Positions 1-8,513 of a stretch of DNA of 64,000 nucleotides are shown here, one piece after another. Under the pieces are notes generated by a model. The model was not told the origin of the DNA and searched no databases. It worked only from the letters and a program-made list of their open reading frames with translations. Numbering within the stretch: position 1 is the stretch's first letter; each line of letters starts with the position of its first letter. The position numbers and the translations under genes are program-made. The stretch comes from a virus: the IMG/VR virus record IMGVR_UViG_3300020477_001468, positions 1-64,000 of that record; one strand, written 5' to 3'.

Positions 1-458
1 TAATCCCATTCATAAAAACTAACATCACCACCGATGGTAAAACCACCACCTTGATTTTCATCTCCTTCTGCCTCGTGGCCATTTTCACTTTTTGATTGAT
101 CTGCTCCCAAGACCATAAATTTACCTTCTTCTGCTTTCCCTCTTACACCTTCTAATGCTTCATGTTTTTCTCTTGAATATTTTAATTGATGAGATCTTGG
201 TATATTATCTTTACTTAAAACCCACAAGTAAATCCAATTTGGCTCATCTATATAATGTTTTAAATATAGTCCTTTCTCTGGTATAGCAATTTTTGGTAAT
301 CCTAATAATGAAGTATAAGTAACATAAGTTGATGTACTTAATACTAAAAGAATAGGAATAAACCAAATTAGAAATTTCCAACTCTTTCTTTGCTCAATTA
401 ATAACCAAAGACAAACTGTAGAAAGAACAACTAATCCAAAAACTAAAATTGCTATCAT
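1..458 (-). CDS. Membrane protein with 2 N-terminal TM helices, third gene of the MotA/MotB-like module; runs off window start
   Basis: Not in the ORF track. Read manually from ATG at 458: MIAILVFGLVVLSTVCLWLLIEQRKSWKFLIWFIPILLVLSTSTYVTYTSLLGLP...FTIGGDVSFYEWD, open to the window edge. Starts 2 nt after the stop of 461..1228. Confidence 0.75.
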   Translation of the reverse strand, partial: MIAILVFGLVVLSTVCLWLLIEQRKSWKFLIWFIPILLVLSTSTYVTYTSLLGLPKIAIPEKGLYLKHYIDEPNWIYLWVLSKDNIPRSHQLKYSREKHEALEGVRGKAEEGKFMVLGADQSKSENGHEAEGDENQGGGFTIGGDVSFYEWD

Positions 459-460
459 AT

Positions 461-1228
461 CTACCTCATGCTCCCTGAATTACGAATTTGAGGATTACTT
501 AGTTCAACTGCTCCACTAGGTTCATAAGCAGGTTCATCTTCAATTTGATCACCCTCAAAAGGGTCAGGTGCTGAACTTATTGACCTGTTATACCGAGCTA
601 CAAACTTTTTTTGTAGATACTTAAAATCTCCAATTTGTTCTCCATCTGGTCCTATTGTAAATCTTACAAAAGTTTCTTCTTGTCCTCTATTAGTAAATGT
701 CTTTTCTCCTACCCACCAAATTTTATAAGGATTCACTCTATGTAATTCTATTTTTACCGTTAATGATTTTGGTTCAGATGAATTTGTTCCTGTGTTCAAT
801 CTTCCATCATTAGCCCAAGTTCGTTGTGAATAATAATGAGCATTAATTATATACTCACCAGGAATGATTCCTCTAATAGTAACTACTTCTCTATTAATAT
901 TTACTTTTGTAATTGTACCATCTACATTTTTTACAATATCATTTGCATAACCCAAATCATCTTTATCTAAGTACATAAAATTGACTATAGGTAATCTAAA
1001 ATGTACTTTGCTTTGTGTTGGATCTTGTACATATAGATCAATATCATCTGGTGCATCATGATCCCATTCCATGACAACAACGAATTCAGCTTTTCGTTCA
1101 AAATCTTCTTTTTTTGCTTCTGGCTTGATTAATAAAAAGGCAATAATGAAAAGGAAAGCAAACCCAACAAGAATGTTAAAAAGCAGATCAGTGAAACCAA
1201 TTGTAGATTTATATTTCTCATTGTTCAT
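461..1228 (-). CDS. MotB/ExbD/TolR-like single-TM protein with periplasmic YfaP/DUF2135-like domain
   Basis: N-terminal TM with the conserved intramembrane Asp (GFTDLLFNILVGFAFLFIIAFLLI). Has a W..DDIDLYVQDP motif and overlaps the MotA-like gene. Confidence 0.65.
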   Translation of the reverse strand: MNNEKYKSTIGFTDLLFNILVGFAFLFIIAFLLIKPEAKKEDFERKAEFVVVMEWDHDAPDDIDLYVQDPTQSKVHFRLPIVNFMYLDKDDLGYANDIVKNVDGTITKVNINREVVTIRGIIPGEYIINAHYYSQRTWANDGRLNTGTNSSEPKSLTVKIELHRVNPYKIWWVGEKTFTNRGQEETFVRFTIGPDGEQIGDFKYLQKKFVARYNRSISSAPDPFEGDQIEDEPAYEPSGAVELSNPQIRNSGSMR

Positions 1229-1685
1229 TCAGCACCACTTCAAGATTCACCAATTGAACTTTGATGATAAGTGAACACACTAATCCAACTAGGGTTGTCC
1301 AAAGAGCTGTACTCATCCCTATTGCCATATCTGACAATGCTTGTTGTAAAGTTATTGCATTTGATACATCTACATTTTCAAATGCTGTTCCTAACATTAA
1401 TAAAAACCCCGTAACAGTTCCTACCATTCCAAGAGCAAGACATGCTTCTGCGATAAACCATCCTACATCACTTTTTTGATTGTAATCGTGATGTACTCCA
1501 ACTTGATAAGTTTTTCTACCTATCCAAACAGAAGTACCTAAAAAGATAGTTAGTATGAAAAAGCTTAAACGTGTTACATCAGCTTCATATAATTCTTGAT
1601 GGACATTAAAATATAGACATATAATTAATCCTAAAACCACAACACAAAATATGAGCCACCATTTTAATAATGAAACCATCTCCAT
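1218..1685 (-). CDS. MotA/TolQ/ExbB proton-channel family protein
   Basis: Family motifs LGMVGTVTGF and GMSTALWTTLVGL; four hydrophobic segments. Confidence 0.85.
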   Translation of the reverse strand: MEMVSLLKWWLIFCVVVLGLIICLYFNVHQELYEADVTRLSFFILTIFLGTSVWIGRKTYQVGVHHDYNQKSDVGWFIAEACLALGMVGTVTGFLLMLGTAFENVDVSNAITLQQALSDMAIGMSTALWTTLVGLVCSLIIKVQLVNLEVVLNEQ

Positions 1686-1807
1686 TCCTTCTTATTTTTA
1701 AATTTTTGGTAATGTTTGATTATCTGCGATTAGCACGGATAAATAGCATTTCTTTTATTTATTAATGCGGTATTTTCACATCTTTTGTAAGGAAAATCAA
1801 CCACCAA

Positions 1808-2488
1808 TTAAGTTGGACATAATGCCCCACTACACTTAACCCATCCTGATGGTATATGCCAAAGCCATACCAATATATCCCATAAAAAAGTACCCATAGG
1901 CCCTTGTAATAAAAATACTAAAATTGCTCCCGACATGCCAAAAAGAAAACTATTGTAAGACCATTTAAGAAATTTATATTTACGAAGTGCAAGAACTTTT
2001 CCTTGACCGAAAATATCTCCAGCCATTGAATCATATATGCTGTCATCAGTCATCAAGATTTTTGCATAATCTTCTTTGTATTCGTGTATATCTAAATGAG
2101 CAAAATGTCCAAAAAAGAGAGGATTAAAAAGAGGAGATTTTCTATCAATTTCTTTTGATCCTTTTATTTTGGGATAAGCTGTGTTTGGTATGATTGCAAA
2201 GATAGCAAATAGTAATGTAAAAAAACAACCACATGCAAATGTTAATAGAGGCCACTTCATAACTTCATTACTAAGATTTGCAATTGTAACAGAAAATACA
2301 ATTGAAGAAACAGTGATCATTATATTGGCTTTCGCATCTGCCATCAAACCAAGTCGCATTTGATTACCGTGATTAACACGTAAGATGTTATCAACCGCAG
2401 TGCGATCTTCCGGAACCTTTTCAAATGGCCTTCGTTGCTTCAGGTCAGCCGGATCAACTGAAGCAGAGTGCCGGGTTACATGTCCCAT
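1808..2488 (-). CDS. Pycsar-type transmembrane effector (DUF5706/PycTM-like)
   Basis: Motifs MADAKANIMI, two TMs ending AIIP, LFFGHF, and RKYKFLKWSY followed by a TM match this family. Start moved to ATG 2488, directly after the aapJ stop. Confidence 0.8.
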   Translation of the reverse strand: MGHVTRHSASVDPADLKQRRPFEKVPEDRTAVDNILRVNHGNQMRLGLMADAKANIMITVSSIVFSVTIANLSNEVMKWPLLTFACGCFFTLLFAIFAIIPNTAYPKIKGSKEIDRKSPLFNPLFFGHFAHLDIHEYKEDYAKILMTDDSIYDSMAGDIFGQGKVLALRKYKFLKWSYNSFLFGMSGAILVFLLQGPMGTFLWDILVWLWHIPSGWVKCSGALCPT

Positions 2489-2489
2489 T

Positions 2490-3599
2490 TTATTTGAGTG
2501 GAGGAGCATATAACAAGCCGCCATTTGAATATAGCTTATTATAACCTCTTTTTAACCCAAGTTCAGTGTTGAGCCCAAGATTTCTTTCATATATTTCTTC
2601 ATAATTACCAACTTGTTTAATAACTTCATATGCCCATCTAGCAGGTATTCCTAATTTAGCCCCAAGATGTGGAAAGTCTGCACCATTTACTTCACCCATA
2701 AATCTTTGTATCACAGGATCTATATTTTCTTCAAAAGTATCAATGTTAGATGAGGTAATACCATATTCTTCTGCGATGAATAAAACATAAATCGTCCATC
2801 TTACAATATCAGACCATTGTTGATCTCCATATTTAACTACTGGTCCAAGAGGTTCTTTGGAAATAATTTCTGGTAAAATAATATGCTGATCCGGATATTT
2901 AAATCCAATTCTATTAGAAGCTAACCCAGAACGATCTGTACCATACATATCACATTTACGATCTAAATAAAAATTTTTTGGACTTTGATCTACTGGAACT
3001 TCAACAGGAACATATGCTATATTATGCTTTATAAAAAAATCTTTAATATTTTTTGCTGCTGTACCTGTTGAACTATAACATATTCTTGCACCTATCATTT
3101 GTTTAGCAGAAGACACTCCAAGAGTTCTTCTTACCATGAATCCCTGGCCATCATAATAAGTTGTGGGCATGAATTCTAATTTTTTAATAACATTTCGAGT
3201 ATACGTATATGTTGTAGTAGCTGATAGTATATCAATTGTTCCATCTATCAAATAACTAAATCTTGTTTTACCATCTATGACTTCAAATTTAACTGCTTCT
3301 TTATCAAGAAACATTGCAGTTGCAACAGCACGACAAATGTCAACATCAAAGCCTCTAAAGCGTAGTGCACCTACTTCTTCATCCCAAAGTTCTTCACCAA
3401 AACCAGGCATAGTTTCTTTAGCACCACAAATTACATGCCCTCGTTTCATTACACGTTCGTATGTAGAACCATAGGTTGGTCGATATTCTTCTTTAGGTCC
3501 TGGGTCGGTTAAAGGAATACCTTCTGGTTCTGCTTTGGTTGAATTTGCTGTTATAAGTAAAAATATTAAAGTCGCAAACAGCTTACCAAATAAAATCAT
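2490..3599 (-). CDS. aapJ: General L-amino acid ABC transporter substrate-binding protein (AapJ/BztA-like)
   Basis: Signal peptide, then GFDVDICRAVA, YYDGQGFMV, ILPEIISKEPLGP, VGNYEEIYERNLG and C-terminal GGLLYAPP. Confidence 0.92.
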   Translation of the reverse strand: MILFGKLFATLIFLLITANSTKAEPEGIPLTDPGPKEEYRPTYGSTYERVMKRGHVICGAKETMPGFGEELWDEEVGALRFRGFDVDICRAVATAMFLDKEAVKFEVIDGKTRFSYLIDGTIDILSATTTYTYTRNVIKKLEFMPTTYYDGQGFMVRRTLGVSSAKQMIGARICYSSTGTAAKNIKDFFIKHNIAYVPVEVPVDQSPKNFYLDRKCDMYGTDRSGLASNRIGFKYPDQHIILPEIISKEPLGPVVKYGDQQWSDIVRWTIYVLFIAEEYGITSSNIDTFEENIDPVIQRFMGEVNGADFPHLGAKLGIPARWAYEVIKQVGNYEEIYERNLGLNTELGLKRGYNKLYSNGGLLYAPPLK

Positions 3600-4045
3600 T
3601 GCAATGTCCTGTAAATTGCTAGAAGTTCTTCATCCGGTATTTGAGTTGGCATAGTATAATATCTTTGATGCCCTACTTGCATAAATGCTTTAATATCAGA
3701 AAAACTAGGATACTTAGTAAGGAGATTATGCAATAAATGATCTGGACTTAAATGACATCCTGCACATTGATTGTCTCTCGCAAAAACTCTTGTTGCTTTT
3801 TTAAATCGTTCTGATTGTACCAATACATTATGTAAGTCTTTTTCCATCCATATAACTTTTTCATTAATGTCTGGGATAACATAAAAAATTAAGTATATTA
3901 ACAAACCGATTATGGTGTATATGAATACTCGACTTGAAGCAACCAGATTTTTAGTTTCTATTTCTATTGCTTTTACTGGTTCCAGTTCCATTACATCAAC
4001 TTTTTCATCTGCAATAGATTTTGGAGCCTTCTTTTGTTCTGCCAT
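3596..4045 (-). CDS. Membrane-anchored class I c-type cytochrome-like protein
   Basis: One TM (VFIYTIIGLLIYLIFYVI), heme-attachment motif CAGCH, candidate distal Met in YTMP, and terminal helix PDEELLAIY. Confidence 0.65.
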   Translation of the reverse strand: MAEQKKAPKSIADEKVDVMELEPVKAIEIETKNLVASSRVFIYTIIGLLIYLIFYVIPDINEKVIWMEKDLHNVLVQSERFKKATRVFARDNQCAGCHLSPDHLLHNLLTKYPSFSDIKAFMQVGHQRYYTMPTQIPDEELLAIYRTLQ

Positions 4046-4053
4046 AATTTACC

Positions 4054-4401
4054 TCAACTTTTCCTTCCTGCTTCATGTAACTTTTTGGTAATTTGTTGTT
4101 GAAACCATTTGAGAACAATTGGTATGCTCACATTTGATGTCAACCCAAAAAGATAACCTATGGGATAACGATAACTCTCATATGCCGCAAGTTGTGGAAC
4201 ATTAGTGAATACTATAGAGATCAACAAATATCCAGTTGTTGACATTCCCATATTAATGAATAAATCTAAGACAATTAACCATTTATGGCCAGCATATTTT
4301 TCTTTGTGGTCCTGTCTATAATTGAATAAAAAAATCCAAAATGATGAAAAAAGAACTAATCCAATCATCATGAATTCTTTTACATTAAATATTTCTTCCA
4401 T
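4054..4401 (-). CDS. Small 3-TM membrane protein, holin-like
   Basis: 115 aa, three hydrophobic segments and a basic C-terminus (KKLHEAGRKS); abuts gp16. Holin role is inferred from topology only. Confidence 0.45.
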   Translation of the reverse strand: MEEIFNVKEFMMIGLVLFSSFWIFLFNYRQDHKEKYAGHKWLIVLDLFINMGMSTTGYLLISIVFTNVPQLAAYESYRYPIGYLFGLTSNVSIPIVLKWFQQQITKKLHEAGRKS

Positions 4402-4785
4402 TTACTTTGCCTTCTTTTTCAGCATTTTTTGTAACTCTGCTGTACTCCCAACAAATAAAGCATTTGTAACATTTTGGGGTGTTACTGTATCATCTTTTTG
4501 AATCTCTTTTATTTGCCTATGCAGATTAATTAGTTCCTTATTAGCATTAGTCAATTTATCCATTAATTGACCTACTACTTCATATGCTCTAGGATGCTCC
4601 GTTTCCTGAGCTACTTGTAGGAGGCCTTCCATTGCATCCTGTCCTCGTTCAATAATATTATATAAATTTTCACGAGTGTATTGAAAATCTGTATTCGATG
4701 TATTTTCTGTTTGTGGTGCAACAGCACGCTCTTGAGTTGTTGGAGATTCTACTATCTCAAACACTTTGTCTAATTTGTCTACCAT
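4402..4785 (-). CDS. gp16: Terminase small subunit (T4 gp16-like)
   Basis: DFQYTRENL, EHPRAYEV and NALFVGSTAELQKML motifs; follows gp15. Confidence 0.92.
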   Translation of the reverse strand: MVDKLDKVFEIVESPTTQERAVAPQTENTSNTDFQYTRENLYNIIERGQDAMEGLLQVAQETEHPRAYEVVGQLMDKLTNANKELINLHRQIKEIQKDDTVTPQNVTNALFVGSTAELQKMLKKKAK

Positions 4786-4787
4786 AA

Positions 4788-5744
4788 TTAATCAATATAT
4801 GTACCGGTAATTGGATTATATTCTCTACCTTCATCATAAAAGAATTTTTCATCAACTACAGAAGTTTGATCAAACACTGCTGCAGGATCTACATTTGCTT
4901 CTGCTATTGATGATTTAATAACAGACTTAACTCTAGACTTATCTAAACCTGAAGTCTGGTTTTCATAGATTAATTTGTCTGTCCCTGTTTCTAATAAAAT
5001 AGCATTAGAATTAGATGGTGTTGATGTTTCTAATAATAAGGGTGAAGTTAAAGCAGCAACTTGATCTCTTGATAAAATATGAAAATTTGTAATTGCTGTT
5101 CGTATTAAATTTACATTTGCTTCTTCGCTATAATCACCAAATCCTGTCCCTTTAATATTTGGATAAAAATAAACCTTCGATGTGAAATCTAATGTATAAA
5201 TTATAGCTCTTCTTGTTACGTATTCACCTTCATAACTGTCTTCTAAAGTGACTCCATTTAAAACAATGGGCATATCAATCTTAATACCCATAGTAGGAAT
5301 AGCATTAATAGTAACAGTAAAATCTGGTTTAAATGCAGGTAGTATTTGTTCCATAATCATAGCACCATCTACTGCATTCTTAACAAAAACATATAAATTG
5401 AAAGTTAGAAGATATGGTACAGGGCTGTATAAACGACCTATATTATCATTATATCTAACAATCTTTTTATTTAATGAATTTAATTTTCTTTCAGGATCAT
5501 AAGACATACTCGCCATATCAAATCCTATTCTCGGAAGTTGAAGAGCAACTTGATTTGTGAGACTAGGATCTTGTGTAATGCGAGTTAAAAATTTTTGTTT
5601 TGGACCATACGCTAAAGGTACTTTAATAGTTTCCTTAATATTACCACTATTATCAATACGTTTAATATTAATGTCATTAAACAATGTTCCAAAAACAGCA
5701 ATATACTTTCTTAATAATCCATGATAATGAAATGTTCCTAACAT
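4788..5744 (-). CDS. gp15: Tail sheath stabilizer/completion protein (T4 gp15-like)
   Basis: FGTLFNDI, KVPLAYGPKQKF, LPRIGF and EQILP motifs; synteny 13-14-15-16. Confidence 0.92.
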   Translation of the reverse strand: MLGTFHYHGLLRKYIAVFGTLFNDINIKRIDNSGNIKETIKVPLAYGPKQKFLTRITQDPSLTNQVALQLPRIGFDMASMSYDPERKLNSLNKKIVRYNDNIGRLYSPVPYLLTFNLYVFVKNAVDGAMIMEQILPAFKPDFTVTINAIPTMGIKIDMPIVLNGVTLEDSYEGEYVTRRAIIYTLDFTSKVYFYPNIKGTGFGDYSEEANVNLIRTAITNFHILSRDQVAALTSPLLLETSTPSNSNAILLETGTDKLIYENQTSGLDKSRVKSVIKSSIAEANVDPAAVFDQTSVVDEKFFYDEGREYNPITGTYID

Positions 5745-6682
5745 TAGTAATCCTCACTAAAAGGATTGTCTTCAGAAAAATCTATAATACCATCAGCAAC
5801 AGTTTCTATTTTAACGTTTTCAGCTGCTGGATCGTTAGATATTTCTCGTTCAGTTTGAACTTTAGTACCTAATGTTCCTCGAGCTCCTGACGTTCCTCCA
5901 ACAACTTCTTCACCTATAGTAAATGTTTTAGATATATTAGTGACATTAATATGTGAAGCATTCGCTGTCGTAATGTTTCCAGAAGCTAAAGTTTGTTGTC
6001 CTGTAATTAATTCATTAGCTGTAAATAATGGTACTGTGTCTTGAATAAGTTGATTACCTTGACCATCTATAGTTCCATCTGGTGTATCCTCATTAATGAT
6101 AAATGTATTGTCTTCAGCCAAAACAAAACCCTGATCTGTAAAAGTAATAGGAAATGTTTGTACGTAAGCATTTTCATTTTCTATTGCATCAATATCAGCA
6201 ACACCAGTATCAATATCTTCATCACTATATTCAAACAATTCACATTGTAAATCATATGTTTGTAAAGCACCTGTTTGATAAAACACTGATTCATGCTCAA
6301 CAAATTGTATTTCAAATAATTTTTTAGTTAAAGGAAAATAAACAAGATCACCTTCTTTTGGAACCGTTGTTAAATCTAAACCATCCCATACACATCGTGC
6401 CATTGTAAAAGTTACTTGTTGTCGAATTTCTAAACCAAATCTACCTAGAAAGGTACCTTCACCTTCAAAACCATCTACATTCTTAATATACATTTCGACA
6501 GGATATGCATTATCAAAACTACTTAAAGAATCTTCTCCAAAAATAGAATCTAAATTTTCCTTCGTTCGTGGCAAATAGTATACGTCATGTCCATATACCC
6601 GAATTGATTCTACTATAATATTTTCTAATAGAGTTTGCTCATTGGTATGATCAAACTTTGAGAAGTATGTTGATGTACCCAT
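5744..6682 (-). CDS. gp14: Neck protein (T4 gp14-like)
   Basis: ESIRVYGHDVYYLPR, PKEGDLVYFP and C-terminal IDFSEDNPF. Confidence 0.92.
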   Translation of the reverse strand: MGTSTYFSKFDHTNEQTLLENIIVESIRVYGHDVYYLPRTKENLDSIFGEDSLSSFDNAYPVEMYIKNVDGFEGEGTFLGRFGLEIRQQVTFTMARCVWDGLDLTTVPKEGDLVYFPLTKKLFEIQFVEHESVFYQTGALQTYDLQCELFEYSDEDIDTGVADIDAIENENAYVQTFPITFTDQGFVLAEDNTFIINEDTPDGTIDGQGNQLIQDTVPLFTANELITGQQTLASGNITTANASHINVTNISKTFTIGEEVVGGTSGARGTLGTKVQTEREISNDPAAENVKIETVADGIIDFSEDNPFSEDY

Positions 6683-7677
6683 TATCCTACCATAAAGTCA
6701 TCTGGTAATTGATATTTTAATTGTAATTCCTCTTCAATTCTTTCTAATTCTTGTTGAGCATCATCATACATTTGTCTTCCATTTAATGTTACACCACCTG
6801 GAAGTTGCATACCCTCAAATTTAATTAAATTGGAACCCCATTGCTTTTTAAATAAAGAAGTTGTATATTTCTTTAAAAATATATCATTATAAATTTGTGA
6901 AAATGATCCTGGATCTATAATTTTATAGGCTTCAATTACAAGCCACTTATCAACTTTAGCTTCTTGGTCTGCCCAATCAATATCCAAATATAAACGATCC
7001 ATATGTCGATTATATCTAAATCTTGGTGCTTGATTGAAAATGTCTTCTAATTGAGAAATTCTCCTTTGAGCAAAATCATAATTAATTAAGCTGTTTATAC
7101 CCATATCATAGATGTCATTCAAATGAATTTGATATCGAATATCAAACATATTAACATCTGTCTGAGCATGATCGAAGGGAAAAACCTGTTCTACGCCAAT
7201 TATCGAATCATCTATAGGAATCCATTGATTATCAACATCACCCAAAGTTAAACTTGATACATAGGCTTCTGCACTTGAACTTCCTCCTGTAATTTTTTCT
7301 TCTGCAGTAAAACTACCAGCAGTCTCACCTTCTATTAATTTACCATCAGATTTTTTAATAGTGCGTATGATAAGTGTAGTTGAATCAGTTGTACTTGATA
7401 CAACTGCAGTTGCACCTGAACTGGCGCCAGTAATTGTCTCTCCATCTGTAAACGTACCAGGAGCAGGACTAGCTTTAAGATTCATTGTGGAACCAGTTAC
7501 TTTATGTTTTAGTAAGAGTTTTTGAGTTCCATCAAAATGATAATCCTGAAATACTTGTAAAGCATCGTCAATTCTATCCTCAAGTTGATCATCATCAACA
7601 TTTATTTCAAGAACAGGATGTCCAAGCTGTCGTAAACAAAAGTCTTTTAATGTTTGTCTTGAATTTGGTGTAGCCAT
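6682..7677 (-). CDS. gp13: Neck protein (T4 gp13-like)
   Basis: CLRQLGHPVLEINVDDDQ and KKQWGSNLIKFEGMQLPGGVTLNG. Confidence 0.93.
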   Translation of the reverse strand: MATPNSRQTLKDFCLRQLGHPVLEINVDDDQLEDRIDDALQVFQDYHFDGTQKLLLKHKVTGSTMNLKASPAPGTFTDGETITGASSGATAVVSSTTDSTTLIIRTIKKSDGKLIEGETAGSFTAEEKITGGSSSAEAYVSSLTLGDVDNQWIPIDDSIIGVEQVFPFDHAQTDVNMFDIRYQIHLNDIYDMGINSLINYDFAQRRISQLEDIFNQAPRFRYNRHMDRLYLDIDWADQEAKVDKWLVIEAYKIIDPGSFSQIYNDIFLKKYTTSLFKKQWGSNLIKFEGMQLPGGVTLNGRQMYDDAQQELERIEEELQLKYQLPDDFMVG

Positions 7678-7704
7678 AGAAATTCCTTATATATTATATA
7701 AGCA

Positions 7705-7712
7705 TATTTATG
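7705..7712 (-). promoter_or_regulatory. T4-type late promoter (CATAAATA) for the gp13-16 operon
   Basis: TAAATA box about 28 nt upstream of the gp13 start, in a short intergenic gap. Confidence 0.6.
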
Positions 7713-8456
7713 TCATAGCGGTTTGTAGTAATCTATTTGATGTGTTTCAATGACATCTTTCGATCTTAATAGCTGACCATGTAAATCTACATCATATACA
7801 GGAACACCTGTCTCGTTTACATAGTTTTGAAGCATAACTTCCTGACCTTTTAATTGACCTCTTTCATTAATATATTTTTTATATATGTCTGTGCAGTATT
7901 CAAACATAGAATAGTATATTTCCATACTTAATGGATCGCCCCACGCAAAAAAGTTGTTTAATTTAAATTCTTGATTATAACCTGGACATCTTGATTGATA
8001 AATTCCAGGACCATAGTATAATTCAGGTTTTTTTAGCAATAATACATCTGGTCTAATGTTTACTACTATATCATACTTTTCACTTGATTCATTATATAAG
8101 CAAAAAGACTTGTACATACTATACAAGGTGTCAATATAAATTTTTCTTTTTTCAGGCACATTAGATGGTAATTTAGCTGTATAACCATTACATTCAATTC
8201 CAGTATAATAATCTTTTATATCAAAAAAACTCTCAACAACGCACTGCTTTACTAATTCACCATATTGAGTAAGAACATCTTCTTTACTTATATTTTCTTT
8301 TGTGATGGGTAAATCTAAATGAGCATTTTTCCATGAGTCTGTAGAAGTTTTCCAAGTATGAAGATAAATATGTGCATCAGGTAATATGTGTTTAATAGAA
8401 TTGTTAGTATGGCGATATGTTCTCATTTCACCAGACATACAAAGAGCATACTTCAT
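7713..8456 (-). CDS. Putative glycosyltransferase-like protein
   Basis: N-terminal ALCMSGEMR, HTW and YDIVVNIRPD, typical of GT-like proteins in phage/NCLDV glycan clusters. Confidence 0.55.
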   Translation of the reverse strand: MKYALCMSGEMRTYRHTNNSIKHILPDAHIYLHTWKTSTDSWKNAHLDLPITKENISKEDVLTQYGELVKQCVVESFFDIKDYYTGIECNGYTAKLPSNVPEKRKIYIDTLYSMYKSFCLYNESSEKYDIVVNIRPDVLLLKKPELYYGPGIYQSRCPGYNQEFKLNNFFAWGDPLSMEIYYSMFEYCTDIYKKYINERGQLKGQEVMLQNYVNETGVPVYDVDLHGQLLRSKDVIETHQIDYYKPL

Positions 8457-8461
8457 AAATA
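8454..8461 (+). promoter_or_regulatory. T4-type late promoter (CATAAATA) for the sugar-kinase operon
   Basis: TAAATA box 40-50 nt upstream of the PfkB kinase start. Confidence 0.5.
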
Positions 8462-8513
8462 AAACCTCTCATATATATATAAAGACTAAAATAATGATCT
8501 AGTGAGTAAATCT

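Noticed and set aside
1686-1807. Small ORF or structured RNA in the 122-bp gap
   Set aside because: Only very short or interrupted frames are present, with no convincing hairpin or tRNA fold.
461-2488. Complete Zorya or Pycsar defence system
   Set aside because: The MotA-like protein lacks the long ZorA tail, the partner lacks an OmpA domain, and no ZorC/D/E or cyclase is present in the window.
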